Positions 25,105 through 34,536 of a DNA stretch of 40,152 nt are shown piece by piece. The first letter of the stretch is position 1, and each line of letters opens with the position of its first letter. The notes under the pieces were generated by a model that was not told the DNA's origin, searched no databases, and was given only the letters and a program-made list of their open reading frames with translations. Origin of the DNA: an uncultured Candidatus Marinamargulisbacteria bacterium (GTDB taxonomy: Bacteria > Margulisbacteria > Riflemargulisbacteria > GWF2-35-9 > CAYUBI01); contig CAYUBI010000005.1 in assembly GCA_964443005.1 (NCBI GenBank), positions 1 through 40,152 of the forward strand, written 5' to 3'. Made by a program: the position numbers and the translations under genes.

Positions 25105-27681
25105 TTAATTTTTGAGTTCTATCTTTTCAATTTGAATGAGATATTCGGAGTTTCCAGGCTGAACAGTTGGAATAATGCTTGTAGCGCTAATATACGCATC
25201 CTTATATTTTTTCACAAGACTAGCCAAGGTTTCTCCATTGTCTGCTCTAAAACTTTTTAGAGATAAGCTAGTTTGTGGCCATGAAATAGGTGCATTGAGT
25301 TTAAGGTCAATTGATGGAAATGCTTTTGTTGGCGATGCAATTGTTAGTACAAAATTTCCTGTTGTAATTGGATTTGAATTTCCTGACAGCAATTGAGCAT
25401 TGCCTGTTATGACAAGATTTCCTGTTGCTGTTCGATGTTCATACCATTCTTCTTCAGGAAACGAAATGCCAGCTCCACCTGCATAACCATTTCCATTTTT
25501 GTCTTGAAGGATAAAATATAATCCAGACAAGCCTTCATATCCATTAAAAACAGCTGCTGGTACTGGTTCTTCTGTATCACCTTTAAACGTATACACTGGG
25601 AATTTTGTATCAGTTCCATCAATGATTTTATATTCTCCATTGGGAACTGTATTGGCTAGTGTCATTCCTGTTTCAGCTGGAAGTGTTGGGGTTTCGCTGG
25701 TTACAAAAATTGTCATTTCTTTATCCGACCATATTTTATTTTGCTTCACACTTATCCCGCCTACACCAATATTCCATTTCCCTATAGGTGGATTTGGGAT
25801 AACCAAGTTTGATTCATTTATTTGTGTTTCGAGGCAATTATTGTTGTTGCAAACAGATAGTTCATAAGGAGCTTTTGCAACATCAGATACGAAGTCTATG
25901 GTTGCACTTTCTGTTTCAGTTAGTACTGTTTGGGTTGTGCTCCCAACAAATTCAGCAGATTGGCTTTCTGTCGTAAATGAAAAATCGCTGAAGGTAATAA
26001 CATTGTTCGTTATAGCATTATTTGGCTGAGGTGCCAGAGTTATTTGACTAAAGCTGCTGCTGGGATTTTTAGAAATTATTTCATCCATGATCAATTGATC
26101 TCCTGGTTTCCCAGGCGTAAATACACCGTCGATGGTATATCCGGTGTATGAAAAATGACTGAGTGGCATTGAATATTTATTTGACGAGCTGTGAACTCTG
26201 TCAATATCAGCCCCAAATTGGTATATGATTCCATAATCGTCAGTAAGGCCAACTTGAGCATGTACAATACCGTTTTTGAGTTCTGAGGATGAATCCATTT
26301 GAAACTCAAGATGTACATTTTTACTAAGGAAATGATAATCGATTTGTTTTTTCGGATCTGTCAGAATACCCGCGAAAACATAATCTTTATCAGATGCCCA
26401 TGAATAAGTTAGCTGCACTGCTGAAGTCGGACTTCCTAATGCTTTGACTACTGAGCCAGAGTTGTCTGTAAATATTCCATTTGGTTTAGGCGTAGTCCCA
26501 GTTTGTCCAGAGATGTGATCTAAGCTAACCGGAACTGTTCCGCTTAATTCTGCAGTGTCTGTATATATGAATTTTGTTGTTGTTGGTGATAAATAGAATT
26601 GGCCATCATTTTCGCTGGTTGCCAGTCGTGCATATACTGCACCTTTGTCAAAAGGGGGTTTGCTGAGTGATACTGTTGCTATTTTACCAGTTGAATCCAT
26701 GATTGCAGGTACTGTGTGTTTTAGCTTAAGTATTTTATCTGAAGGATCAATTTGATAAAATAGATAAGTTGCTTCTTGCGAAGACTGATTTAATGTTGCT
26801 TCAAAATCAATTTTGGGTGTACCCATTGTGAATGTTGTTCCATTCAGTGGTTTTGTAATTTTTGCTTGGGGATTGCTGCCTGAAAAAACAATATCTGAAA
26901 AGGTGATTAATCCATTCGCTGTGCCGAGTTTGTCTGCTGATAGCATAAATGATAATCCAGTTGTTTCAAGACCAAATGGATTTGAAACTAGTGCGTCAGC
27001 TAGTGTTTGATCCCTATATACCCATTCGTTTTTAGTAGAATCAAATTCATGTAATTTGAAGTCACTGAGTTTGATTGTATATAGATTGTAGGGAGTGTCT
27101 TTTTGAGAAGGAAGAAAGGGGATTTCGATTGCATAGGTTTTTGGGTAAAGATCTTCATCTCCATTTCCAACATTTAATTGAACCTGAAGTGTTCCTCCAG
27201 TAAGACTATTAAAATTTTTAGTGTCTCCAATTTTTGCTCGAAAATTAAGTGCTCCATTCACAGAGTTTGAGTTTATTCGTTCAGAAGTTGTTGAATACGA
27301 CCCAGGATCAAGATAAATATAACAGCCGCCTAAAAATAAATTTTTATTGTCAGGAAGACTATCCAGGGATAATTCGATAGATTGGTTATATATATTTTGA
27401 TAGATACTTTGGTAAGCACCTTCAGCTGGAATTGGTGGTATTTGATGGGGTATCCCTAAATTAATATACGTCGTGGGAACCCAGCTGTTTTCTGGTGGCA
27501 TTGAATTGGTTTGGGATATGTTTTTTGGATTAAATGGGCCAAATCGCGTCATGTTGGGTGCTGTTGTTTCTGCAGGATTTATTGGTAACTGTGGCGCTTC
27601 CGTTTGTTTCGTTGGATTGGTTGTATTACGAGTATATAAAACTGGATTATTTGAAGTAACTGCAGAAAATAAATTAGCCAT
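25105..27681 (-). CDS. Hypothetical beta-rich multidomain protein (three CBM/CIA30-like modules with Ig-like spacers)
   Basis: 858-aa ORF with RBS GAAAGGA; T/S/G/N-rich; internally repeated motifs (see findings). Confidence 0.75.
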   Translation of the reverse strand: MANLFSAVTSNNPVLYTRNTTNPTKQTEAPQLPINPAETTAPNMTRFGPFNPKNISQTNSMPPENSWVPTTYINLGIPHQIPPIPAEGAYQSIYQNIYNQSIELSLDSLPDNKNLFLGGCYIYLDPGSYSTTSERINSNSVNGALNFRAKIGDTKNFNSLTGGTLQVQLNVGNGDEDLYPKTYAIEIPFLPSQKDTPYNLYTIKLSDFKLHEFDSTKNEWVYRDQTLADALVSNPFGLETTGLSFMLSADKLGTANGLITFSDIVFSGSNPQAKITKPLNGTTFTMGTPKIDFEATLNQSSQEATYLFYQIDPSDKILKLKHTVPAIMDSTGKIATVSLSKPPFDKGAVYARLATSENDGQFYLSPTTTKFIYTDTAELSGTVPVSLDHISGQTGTTPKPNGIFTDNSGSVVKALGSPTSAVQLTYSWASDKDYVFAGILTDPKKQIDYHFLSKNVHLEFQMDSSSELKNGIVHAQVGLTDDYGIIYQFGADIDRVHSSSNKYSMPLSHFSYTGYTIDGVFTPGKPGDQLIMDEIISKNPSSSFSQITLAPQPNNAITNNVITFSDFSFTTESQSAEFVGSTTQTVLTETESATIDFVSDVAKAPYELSVCNNNNCLETQINESNLVIPNPPIGKWNIGVGGISVKQNKIWSDKEMTIFVTSETPTLPAETGMTLANTVPNGEYKIIDGTDTKFPVYTFKGDTEEPVPAAVFNGYEGLSGLYFILQDKNGNGYAGGAGISFPEEEWYEHRTATGNLVITGNAQLLSGNSNPITTGNFVLTIASPTKAFPSIDLKLNAPISWPQTSLSLKSFRADNGETLASLVKKYKDAYISATSIIPTVQPGNSEYLIQIEKIELKN

Positions 27682-27801
27682 AATGTTGATCCTTTCTAAA
27701 TATAGACTACCCCCAATGCATGATGGATCATTAAAATTTATAAGAAATTGATATTGTTAATAATTCTGATTCATCTAACAATATATCGGAAGTAAATATT
27801 G

Positions 27802-30800
27802 TTAATCCATCGAAAGATTTGAATGCGTTAGTCTCTTTTCAGAGTTTTCGAGAAATTGATAGATATGTTCCAAATGCACCCGGAAAAATGCTTGGCTTAG
27901 TTGTTTGAAATGATCGAGTAAGGCCTCGGGTTTGTTCTCAGTCTTTATCCAATCAATCATGTCTAAATATTCATCAACAAACTTAATGGTTTCTGTATCA
28001 AATTTCTCATCATAATGTGGTTTTTCATTGATGTATATTTTTGCTATAAAATCAATTAATGGTTTTTCAAAATATAGACTAAAATTCGATTCATTGGGTT
28101 TTGTTATATAGGAATTGTCTAGATTGTCAGGGTTATTTATTGAATCCTCAAAAGCTTGAATAACTGCTGTTTGCGCATGATATTCTTCATCTGTTTTCAC
28201 TTTTGATTCGTTTTCATATTGTGGTTGCATCAATAGTTCATTGAATAGTTCAAAGATTTCGATTAATTCAATATATATTTCTGGTTGATTATCGCTCGAG
28301 CGTTTAAGCGCTTTAATAAAATGTTCTGGAAATTTGAGTTGTTGCTTAGTCGTTAACAGTTCGATTAATTGTTCTTTTTCAAAAAGAGTTATTTTTGGAT
28401 CCTCTTTAATTAAATGTAAGGCGTTTGTTTTAAATCTTAAGGTGTTATTTGTGGGATTGATTACATAGTTTGCCCAGATATTTTTTTCTGAAATGATTTG
28501 ACTAATATCATGTTGCGTAAATTTTTCTGCAGTAGCAGTGGCTTTAAAAATAAAATTTCTTAAATGAATTTCTAGATTAGTTTTGTTAGATTCGGTAAAT
28601 AAATAGTTAAAAAAATCTGAGCAAAAATTTTTGCGTAGTATAAAAAAAATAGTTAAAGGGTAAATTTCGGCTAATGTTTGAGTTAAGACTATTTTTTGAA
28701 GCTCTTTTTCTATTTTTATTGCTGAAATATTTTGATGAATTAGGTCAGAGATAATTGTTTTGACTAAATGAGGATTAAAATAGTGAGAATAGGCTTTTAG
28801 CTTTTTATCATAATAGTTAATGATGTCATCTGGAAAATGTCTATAATTTGAATTTTCGTTGTTTATTTTTTCCCAGACGATAATAGGTATGGATTGATAA
28901 TTCGATTTTAACCACTTAATAAGTTCAGGTAGAATTTGGTTGGAATCAAATTCGTTCGTTTCGATAATTTGTAACAGATAGTCTTGAATTTGTTCTTTGC
29001 CAAATAGCGACATAAAGTTTTTTGTTTTGCTAATATAATAACTTAAAAGATAATGCTTTTTTTCTAAATTATTCATATTTTTATAAGTTTGCATTTCATC
29101 AGGTATTACCAAATCATTCGGAAACATTGGGTTTTCACGATGAAAGAACGTAGTTTTGATTTCTATCATTTTTTCATTTATTTCAACAGGACTTAATTTT
29201 GGAAAAGCCCGTCTAGTTTCTCGATAATATTGGATATCTTCAGTTGGTACATTAACTAATTTATTTGTACTCATGTAGATAATTGCGCTATCTAATTGAC
29301 ATAATGTTTCATGATTAAGTCTGCGATCATTCATAACTAGAAATAGAACGCGTAAGGCGTTTTGATTTGAAATTGTTAATGTATCCCGATTTTCATGTGC
29401 AAACGCAATGAAGTAATTGATAAAAATAATTAAATTTGAATTGATATTAGTTTTATTAATTTCGTTTATGATATAGTGTGTGTTTTCTTCTATGTCATTT
29501 TTCGCTGGGAATAAAGTTTGAAGAATAATTCTAAATCGACTATCTGTATTTTTTAATGTTAAACACGCTTGCTTTAGGTTTACCATGAATGCTTCATCAT
29601 ACATATCACTGTAATTTTTTAAAAATGTTTGAGCTTTTTTAATTGAAATATCAATATTTGTATCTGCTGTTATTAGTTTACTGAATTCATTTGTCCAAAA
29701 ATGATTTAAAGTATTTGTTTCGCCTCTATTAAATAAACAAATAGCTTTTAGTATTCCTAAAAAAAACAATGACCGTTTATTAACGATAAAATTTTCAGAG
29801 TCATTTAGGTCTATGACATTTTGTAATATTTCCAAAGCTGTATGATCTTTAATAAGTTTGTCTATAATGTCGATAATAGTAAAGGTAAATCTTTTTGCTT
29901 TTTCAATATTTTTTTTCATAAATTTTAATTCATTTGGAATGGTTTCAGAGTTATAAATCATTTTTTGAATAAGAAATTCTGTTTTATTTAATAGTTGAGA
30001 ATTCGTTAGCTCTGGATGTCTTTTTTTAACATAGCTAATAAAATCATTGTCGTTTTGATAAATATTTTTTAGAATTACTAAGGGTAAATCAATATCTAAA
30101 AAGTTTTTTGTAGCAAGGCAAAAATTGACTAAATGATTTAAAATAATAGGAATATAGAAATCTACGTCAGCAAATAATGTTACTGCTTTTTCGATTCCAT
30201 TTTCTTTGATACTGTTGAATGGTTTTTCTCTTGCCAGTAATTTGTTTTCTAGTTGTCTGTCATAGCGATTTAATAATGCAAGTAAGTTTTCGTAAGCTTG
30301 TGGATTTGTTGGGTTACGCTTGCACAATTCATTATTTTCAATGAATAGTAGTTGGAAATCTTTTTCAAGACTTGCTTTAAAACATCGTTTATATTCTGAA
30401 ATAAAGGACAAGCTTGTAATGCTTGCATTTATAAATAGGGTGATTATTTGATTTTTATGCAAGTCATCAGATATCATTGAAAATGCTGTTGAAATTTGTT
30501 TCGTTGTTAAATTTGGAATTATTTCAAATTGATTGTGATTTGTTTCTTTGACGAAAAATTGTTCAATTATACGTTGGTAAGCTTCAAATTTTGGAAACAA
30601 ATCAGATTTATTGATGACTGGTTTATCAAGATTATGATCACTATAAACAATCGCTGCTATTTTTAGTCCAATTTTTTTGAATTCATCATTGGATTCATTT
30701 TTGATGATTGAAAGAACAACATGGCTTATCATCTGGTTTTTGTAGGCTAATATACAATAGTAAATTTGAGCATACAGTTTGACGTAAAAGTCATTTCGGA

Positions 30801-31731
30801 ATGACAAATCTGTATCATTTTCAATCGTAAGAAAGCATTTTTTTGTTAAATTATATAATTCATTTAATTCGACCTCTGGGTCATTTTGATAAATACTATC
30901 AGGTTGTATTGTTTGTTGGTTTATTAATTGGATTGTTTTTTGATAAGTAGCAGAAACTTCTATAATATCGTGTGGAGAAAAATAGTGATGTTCATTAACA
31001 ACATTAGCGTGAATGTAAGTATGAGCTGCTAAAAAATTAGTAATACAATCAAGTAGTATTTTTGGGTTTTTAGTATCTAATTTGTGTGTGAGTATTTGTA
31101 ACTTTATTAATTTATGAAATTGGTTTATGATATGAATCAGTTCTATTTTTCGTACATTAACAGATAATTGATTTTTCAGTTGATTATATTTTTCTTGTAA
31201 TGAAATGATGCTTTTTGAAACATTGATGCTTTCTTCAATGAATCGAATATAAAGTGCACGTTTAGCTGAGTTTTTTAACGAATCGATTTCCTTGGGTTGT
31301 TCAAAATATTGTTTAGATAAATTGTTTAGTTTTTTTTCAGCTTGTTGAAAAAGATTAAAGTTATTTTTATGGTCTTGTGAAAAACAAAAAATAATATAAT
31401 GAATCAGCATCCATTCTTCAAATTGATTGGGAATATATTTTTGAGCATTATCCAGCAATTGAATAATATCAGTTTCAGTTTGATAACATTGCTTAAAGCT
31501 AGCTATTAGTTCGTCATTTGTGATTGGCTTTTTTTTATGAGATTTTCCCGATGTTTGACTGAAATTCATTGATGATTCATTAAATGAATGAAACATTCGG
31601 CGATGCTTTTCAATACTTTCTATGAATTTATTTTTTTCAGATTCGAGCATTGTTTCAGTGAAACTAATGTGTTTATAATTTATTTGCATTCTTAATTTGT
31701 CCTTGTAATAATTATGAATTGAAATTGCCAT
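27802..31731 (-). CDS. Large hypothetical alpha-helical protein
   Basis: 1309-aa uninterrupted ORF with RBS AAGGA; N/I/K/E/L-rich; no motif I recognise. Confidence 0.75.
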   Translation of the reverse strand: MAISIHNYYKDKLRMQINYKHISFTETMLESEKNKFIESIEKHRRMFHSFNESSMNFSQTSGKSHKKKPITNDELIASFKQCYQTETDIIQLLDNAQKYIPNQFEEWMLIHYIIFCFSQDHKNNFNLFQQAEKKLNNLSKQYFEQPKEIDSLKNSAKRALYIRFIEESINVSKSIISLQEKYNQLKNQLSVNVRKIELIHIINQFHKLIKLQILTHKLDTKNPKILLDCITNFLAAHTYIHANVVNEHHYFSPHDIIEVSATYQKTIQLINQQTIQPDSIYQNDPEVELNELYNLTKKCFLTIENDTDLSFRNDFYVKLYAQIYYCILAYKNQMISHVVLSIIKNESNDEFKKIGLKIAAIVYSDHNLDKPVINKSDLFPKFEAYQRIIEQFFVKETNHNQFEIIPNLTTKQISTAFSMISDDLHKNQIITLFINASITSLSFISEYKRCFKASLEKDFQLLFIENNELCKRNPTNPQAYENLLALLNRYDRQLENKLLAREKPFNSIKENGIEKAVTLFADVDFYIPIILNHLVNFCLATKNFLDIDLPLVILKNIYQNDNDFISYVKKRHPELTNSQLLNKTEFLIQKMIYNSETIPNELKFMKKNIEKAKRFTFTIIDIIDKLIKDHTALEILQNVIDLNDSENFIVNKRSLFFLGILKAICLFNRGETNTLNHFWTNEFSKLITADTNIDISIKKAQTFLKNYSDMYDEAFMVNLKQACLTLKNTDSRFRIILQTLFPAKNDIEENTHYIINEINKTNINSNLIIFINYFIAFAHENRDTLTISNQNALRVLFLVMNDRRLNHETLCQLDSAIIYMSTNKLVNVPTEDIQYYRETRRAFPKLSPVEINEKMIEIKTTFFHRENPMFPNDLVIPDEMQTYKNMNNLEKKHYLLSYYISKTKNFMSLFGKEQIQDYLLQIIETNEFDSNQILPELIKWLKSNYQSIPIIVWEKINNENSNYRHFPDDIINYYDKKLKAYSHYFNPHLVKTIISDLIHQNISAIKIEKELQKIVLTQTLAEIYPLTIFFILRKNFCSDFFNYLFTESNKTNLEIHLRNFIFKATATAEKFTQHDISQIISEKNIWANYVINPTNNTLRFKTNALHLIKEDPKITLFEKEQLIELLTTKQQLKFPEHFIKALKRSSDNQPEIYIELIEIFELFNELLMQPQYENESKVKTDEEYHAQTAVIQAFEDSINNPDNLDNSYITKPNESNFSLYFEKPLIDFIAKIYINEKPHYDEKFDTETIKFVDEYLDMIDWIKTENKPEALLDHFKQLSQAFFRVHLEHIYQFLENSEKRLTHSNLSMD

Positions 31732-31808
31732 AATTAACTGAATAGTTCCTTGTTCTCTGCAATATAACGATTAATTTATCGTAACAAGAGTTGAAAAATT
31801 TCACCTAT

Positions 31809-31834
31809 TTAATATAAGTATTAATATAAGTATT
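31809..31834. repeat. 12-bp tandem direct repeat in a divergent intergenic region
   Basis: TTAATATAAGTA x2 plus TT. Confidence 0.5.
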
Positions 31835-31917
31835 CACTGTTTTATGAACTTATGTGTATCTATTTCTTGAAATATGCATCTTATGTTATGTGAACAGATT
31901 AAATAGGAGGATATATT

Positions 31918-32241
31918 ATGGTAAAAGAATTAACGGATTCGAATTTTAAAGCTGAAGTATTAGATGAGAAAAATATTCCTGTGTTGGTAGATTTTTGGGC
32001 GCCATGGTGTGGTCCCTGTCGCATGCTTGCGCCAGTTGTAGAAGAAATGGAAAAAGCTTTTACTGGAAAAATGAAGTTCGTAAAAATTAATACAGAAGAG
32101 TATCAACAGAATGCTTCGAATTACGATATTACGGGTATACCTTGTTTAATCGTTTTTAAAGCTGGGAAAGAATATACTCGATTAGTTGGTTTTAGGCCTG
32201 CAGATGCGATGAAGACTGAGTTGAGTAAACTTGTTAGTTAG
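31918..32241 (+). CDS. trxA: Thioredoxin
   Basis: VDFWAPWCGPC active site, GIP cis-Pro loop, RBS AGGAGG. Confidence 0.97.
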   Translation: MVKELTDSNFKAEVLDEKNIPVLVDFWAPWCGPCRMLAPVVEEMEKAFTGKMKFVKINTEEYQQNASNYDITGIPCLIVFKAGKEYTRLVGFRPADAMKTELSKLVS

Positions 32242-32244
32242 AAT

Positions 32245-32748
32245 TTATTGATCTAAGATCAATTGAAGCTTTTTTCTGGCTCTAAGTGAAATAGCTTTTA
32301 CATTAGTCAGAGATAGCTTCAGTTGTTCTGCGATTTCTTTTGCTTTGTACCCTTCAATGTCTTTGAGTATTAAAACTGCCCGATATTTTTCTGGTAATTT
32401 TGAAAGTGCTATTTCCAATCGTTCGCCAAAATCTTGTTGATCAAATAAAAGAGCTGGATTACTTGTGTTATCTGCAAGGGTTGTTAGAATTTCTTCACTG
32501 TTACTATGTATTGGATTATTTCGTCGTTTGTGCATTCGGCAATGATTGAGTCCGATACGATATAGCCAACTAGCAAATTTTGATGGTTCTTTGACTGTAT
32601 GCCGTTTTTCGTAAGCACTGATTAACGATTCCTGTAATATATCTTGTGCTAAAGTACTTTCTTTACAAAGGCGTGTTAAATAATTATAAATTCGTTTTTC
32701 AAGTGGTTTGATTAATGTTTCAAATTCAGTATGATCAATAGATTGCAT
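32245..32748 (-). CDS. ECF RNA polymerase sigma factor (sigma-70 regions 2 and 4)
   Basis: AQDILQES, FASWLYRIGLN, LPEKYRAVLILKDIEG...EIA and RARKKL motifs. Confidence 0.92.
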   Translation of the reverse strand: MQSIDHTEFETLIKPLEKRIYNYLTRLCKESTLAQDILQESLISAYEKRHTVKEPSKFASWLYRIGLNHCRMHKRRNNPIHSNSEEILTTLADNTSNPALLFDQQDFGERLEIALSKLPEKYRAVLILKDIEGYKAKEIAEQLKLSLTNVKAISLRARKKLQLILDQ

Positions 32749-32828
32749 AGGTTAGATTTTAGCATCCAACGCAGTATTTTATAATGCATAGAATCCATGA
32801 TTATTTTTTATATTATATTAATAATTCT

Positions 32829-32843
32829 AATGTAAATTACATT
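32829..32843. promoter_or_regulatory. Palindrome upstream of the abiE operon (putative antitoxin operator)
   Basis: AATGTAA-A-TTACATT; a second ATGTAA half-site at 32870-75 lies next to TATAAT (32883-88). Confidence 0.45.
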
Positions 32844-32895
32844 GATAATCGAAAAATAGTCGACTAAGCATGTAATTTTATGTATAATTAAAGTT

Positions 32896-33537
32896 ATGAA
32901 AATAGAAGAACAAATTCAGTGTTTTAAAAATATTCCATTTACACATGGCAGTTTAGTGTCTTTATTGAAAGACTACAAGTGCCCAAATGATAAAATAGCA
33001 AAGCTTATTGCAGATAATTATATTCATTCTATCAAAAGAGGTTTATATGTTTTGACTAATAGAATAAATAAGTACCATATATCAAAAGAGCTGTTAGCGA
33101 ATCTTATATATGGGCCATCCTATGTTTCAGGTGATTATGCATTATCGTATTTTGGTTTGATTCCGGAAAGGGTTTATAAAATAACCTCAATAACTTTAAA
33201 TCGGGCAAAAAAAATAGCTACAGATTTTGGAGAATTTGAGTATATTAAAGCTAAAAGTGAGTTGTATGATATTGGATTAACGAGCGTTAAGGGTACTGAA
33301 ACGGATTCTTTTATAATCGCTTCATCGACCAAAGCCCTTTGTGATAAGATTATTTATACAAAAAATATTAACATTTTTTCTTTAAAAGATATGAATACAT
33401 ATTTATTAGATGATTTAAGAATAGATCAGGATAATCTAAAAGAAATCGATATAGAAATTGTTGATTCCTGCATAAAATCAGGCCATAAACAATTACAATT
33501 GGATTATTTATATCAAGTCTTAAAGGAAATAACGTGA
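32896..33537 (+). CDS. abiEi: Type IV toxin-antitoxin antitoxin, AbiEi family
   Basis: IKRGLY, ANLIYGPSYVS..YALSYFGLIPERV and KALCD motifs; GTGA overlap with the toxin gene. Confidence 0.88.
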   Translation: MKIEEQIQCFKNIPFTHGSLVSLLKDYKCPNDKIAKLIADNYIHSIKRGLYVLTNRINKYHISKELLANLIYGPSYVSGDYALSYFGLIPERVYKITSITLNRAKKIATDFGEFEYIKAKSELYDIGLTSVKGTETDSFIIASSTKALCDKIIYTKNINIFSLKDMNTYLLDDLRIDQDNLKEIDIEIVDSCIKSGHKQLQLDYLYQVLKEIT

Positions 33538-34376
33538 AAATTCTAGAACAAATGTTGTTGAACTACAAAATTAGATCCGATGACGATTATTTCAATGCTT
33601 TAAGAGAAGTTACCCAGGAAATTATTCTTGCTGGTTTGTATCGAGGTAATTTTTTTGCGAAAGCAGCTTTTTATGGAGGTACAGCGTTGCGAATATTTTA
33701 TGGTCTGAATAGATATTCAGAAGATATGGATTTTTCTCTATTAGTTGAAAATAATAAATTTTCTTTAGAAAATTATTTGCCATTTATTACCAAAGAATTT
33801 TTAGCGCTAGATTTAAAAATTGATATTGAAAAGAAAGAAAAAAATGTCAAAACCAATATCGAATCTGCTTTTCTAAAAACTAATACAAATATATATCAAA
33901 TTGATATTTATCATTCTGATATTAAAAAGAATATAAAAATAAAAATTGAAATAGATACTGTGCCACCTTTAGAATTTGCAACAGAGGAAAAATTAGTTTT
34001 GTTGCCATTTTCATATTATGTAAAATGTTTTTGTATATGTGATTTATTTGCTGGAAAGATGCATGCTTTATTATACAGAAATTGGAAAACTAGAGTTAAA
34101 GGAAGAGACTGGTATGATTTTGAATGGTATATAAAAAGAGGAGAAATTTTAAATTTAAAGCATTTTGTTGTTAGAGCAAAACAAAGCGGACATATTGTTA
34201 ATGATAATGATTTTGACAAAAATAAATTAATAGAAATTTTTAAAGTGAAGCTAGATCAGCTAGATATAGATTTTGCAAAAAATGATATTAGGCGGTTTAT
34301 TTCAGACGATCAATCGTTAGAGATTTGGTCAAAAACATATTTTCTACAATTAATTGAGAGAATTAAAATACAATAA
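33534..34376 (+). CDS. abiEii: Type IV TA toxin, nucleotidyltransferase AbiEii/AbiGii family
   Basis: FYGGTALRIFYGLNRYSEDMDF, KIKIEID, AGKMHA and KGRDWYD motifs. Confidence 0.92.
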   Translation: MKILEQMLLNYKIRSDDDYFNALREVTQEIILAGLYRGNFFAKAAFYGGTALRIFYGLNRYSEDMDFSLLVENNKFSLENYLPFITKEFLALDLKIDIEKKEKNVKTNIESAFLKTNTNIYQIDIYHSDIKKNIKIKIEIDTVPPLEFATEEKLVLLPFSYYVKCFCICDLFAGKMHALLYRNWKTRVKGRDWYDFEWYIKRGEILNLKHFVVRAKQSGHIVNDNDFDKNKLIEIFKVKLDQLDIDFAKNDIRRFISDDQSLEIWSKTYFLQLIERIKIQ

Positions 34377-34436
34377 CTCTGTCTAACTAATCGTGATGAA
34401 TTATATAAATTATGTTATACTATGTTCTATTCTTGT

Positions 34437-34519
34437 GCGAGTGTGGTGGAATTGGCAGACACGCTAGACTTAGGATCTAGTGCTTCGGCGTGGGGGTTCA
34501 AGTCCCTCCACTCGCACCA
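34437..34519 (+). tRNA. tRNA-Leu(TAG)
   Basis: Acceptor stem GCGAGTG/CACTCGC, anticodon arm CTAGA-CT-TAG-GA-TCTAG, variable arm with TTCG loop, CCA end. Confidence 0.96.
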
Positions 34520-34536
34520 AAATAAATCTTAAAGGC

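Noticed and set aside
25175-27751. Small ORFs overlapping the 858-aa gene
   Set aside because: They are antisense or out-of-frame shadows without motifs.
32749-34536. Integrative element at tRNA-Leu carrying AbiE
   Set aside because: No integrase or duplicated att sequence was seen by eye, and the module lies on the 5' side of the tRNA.
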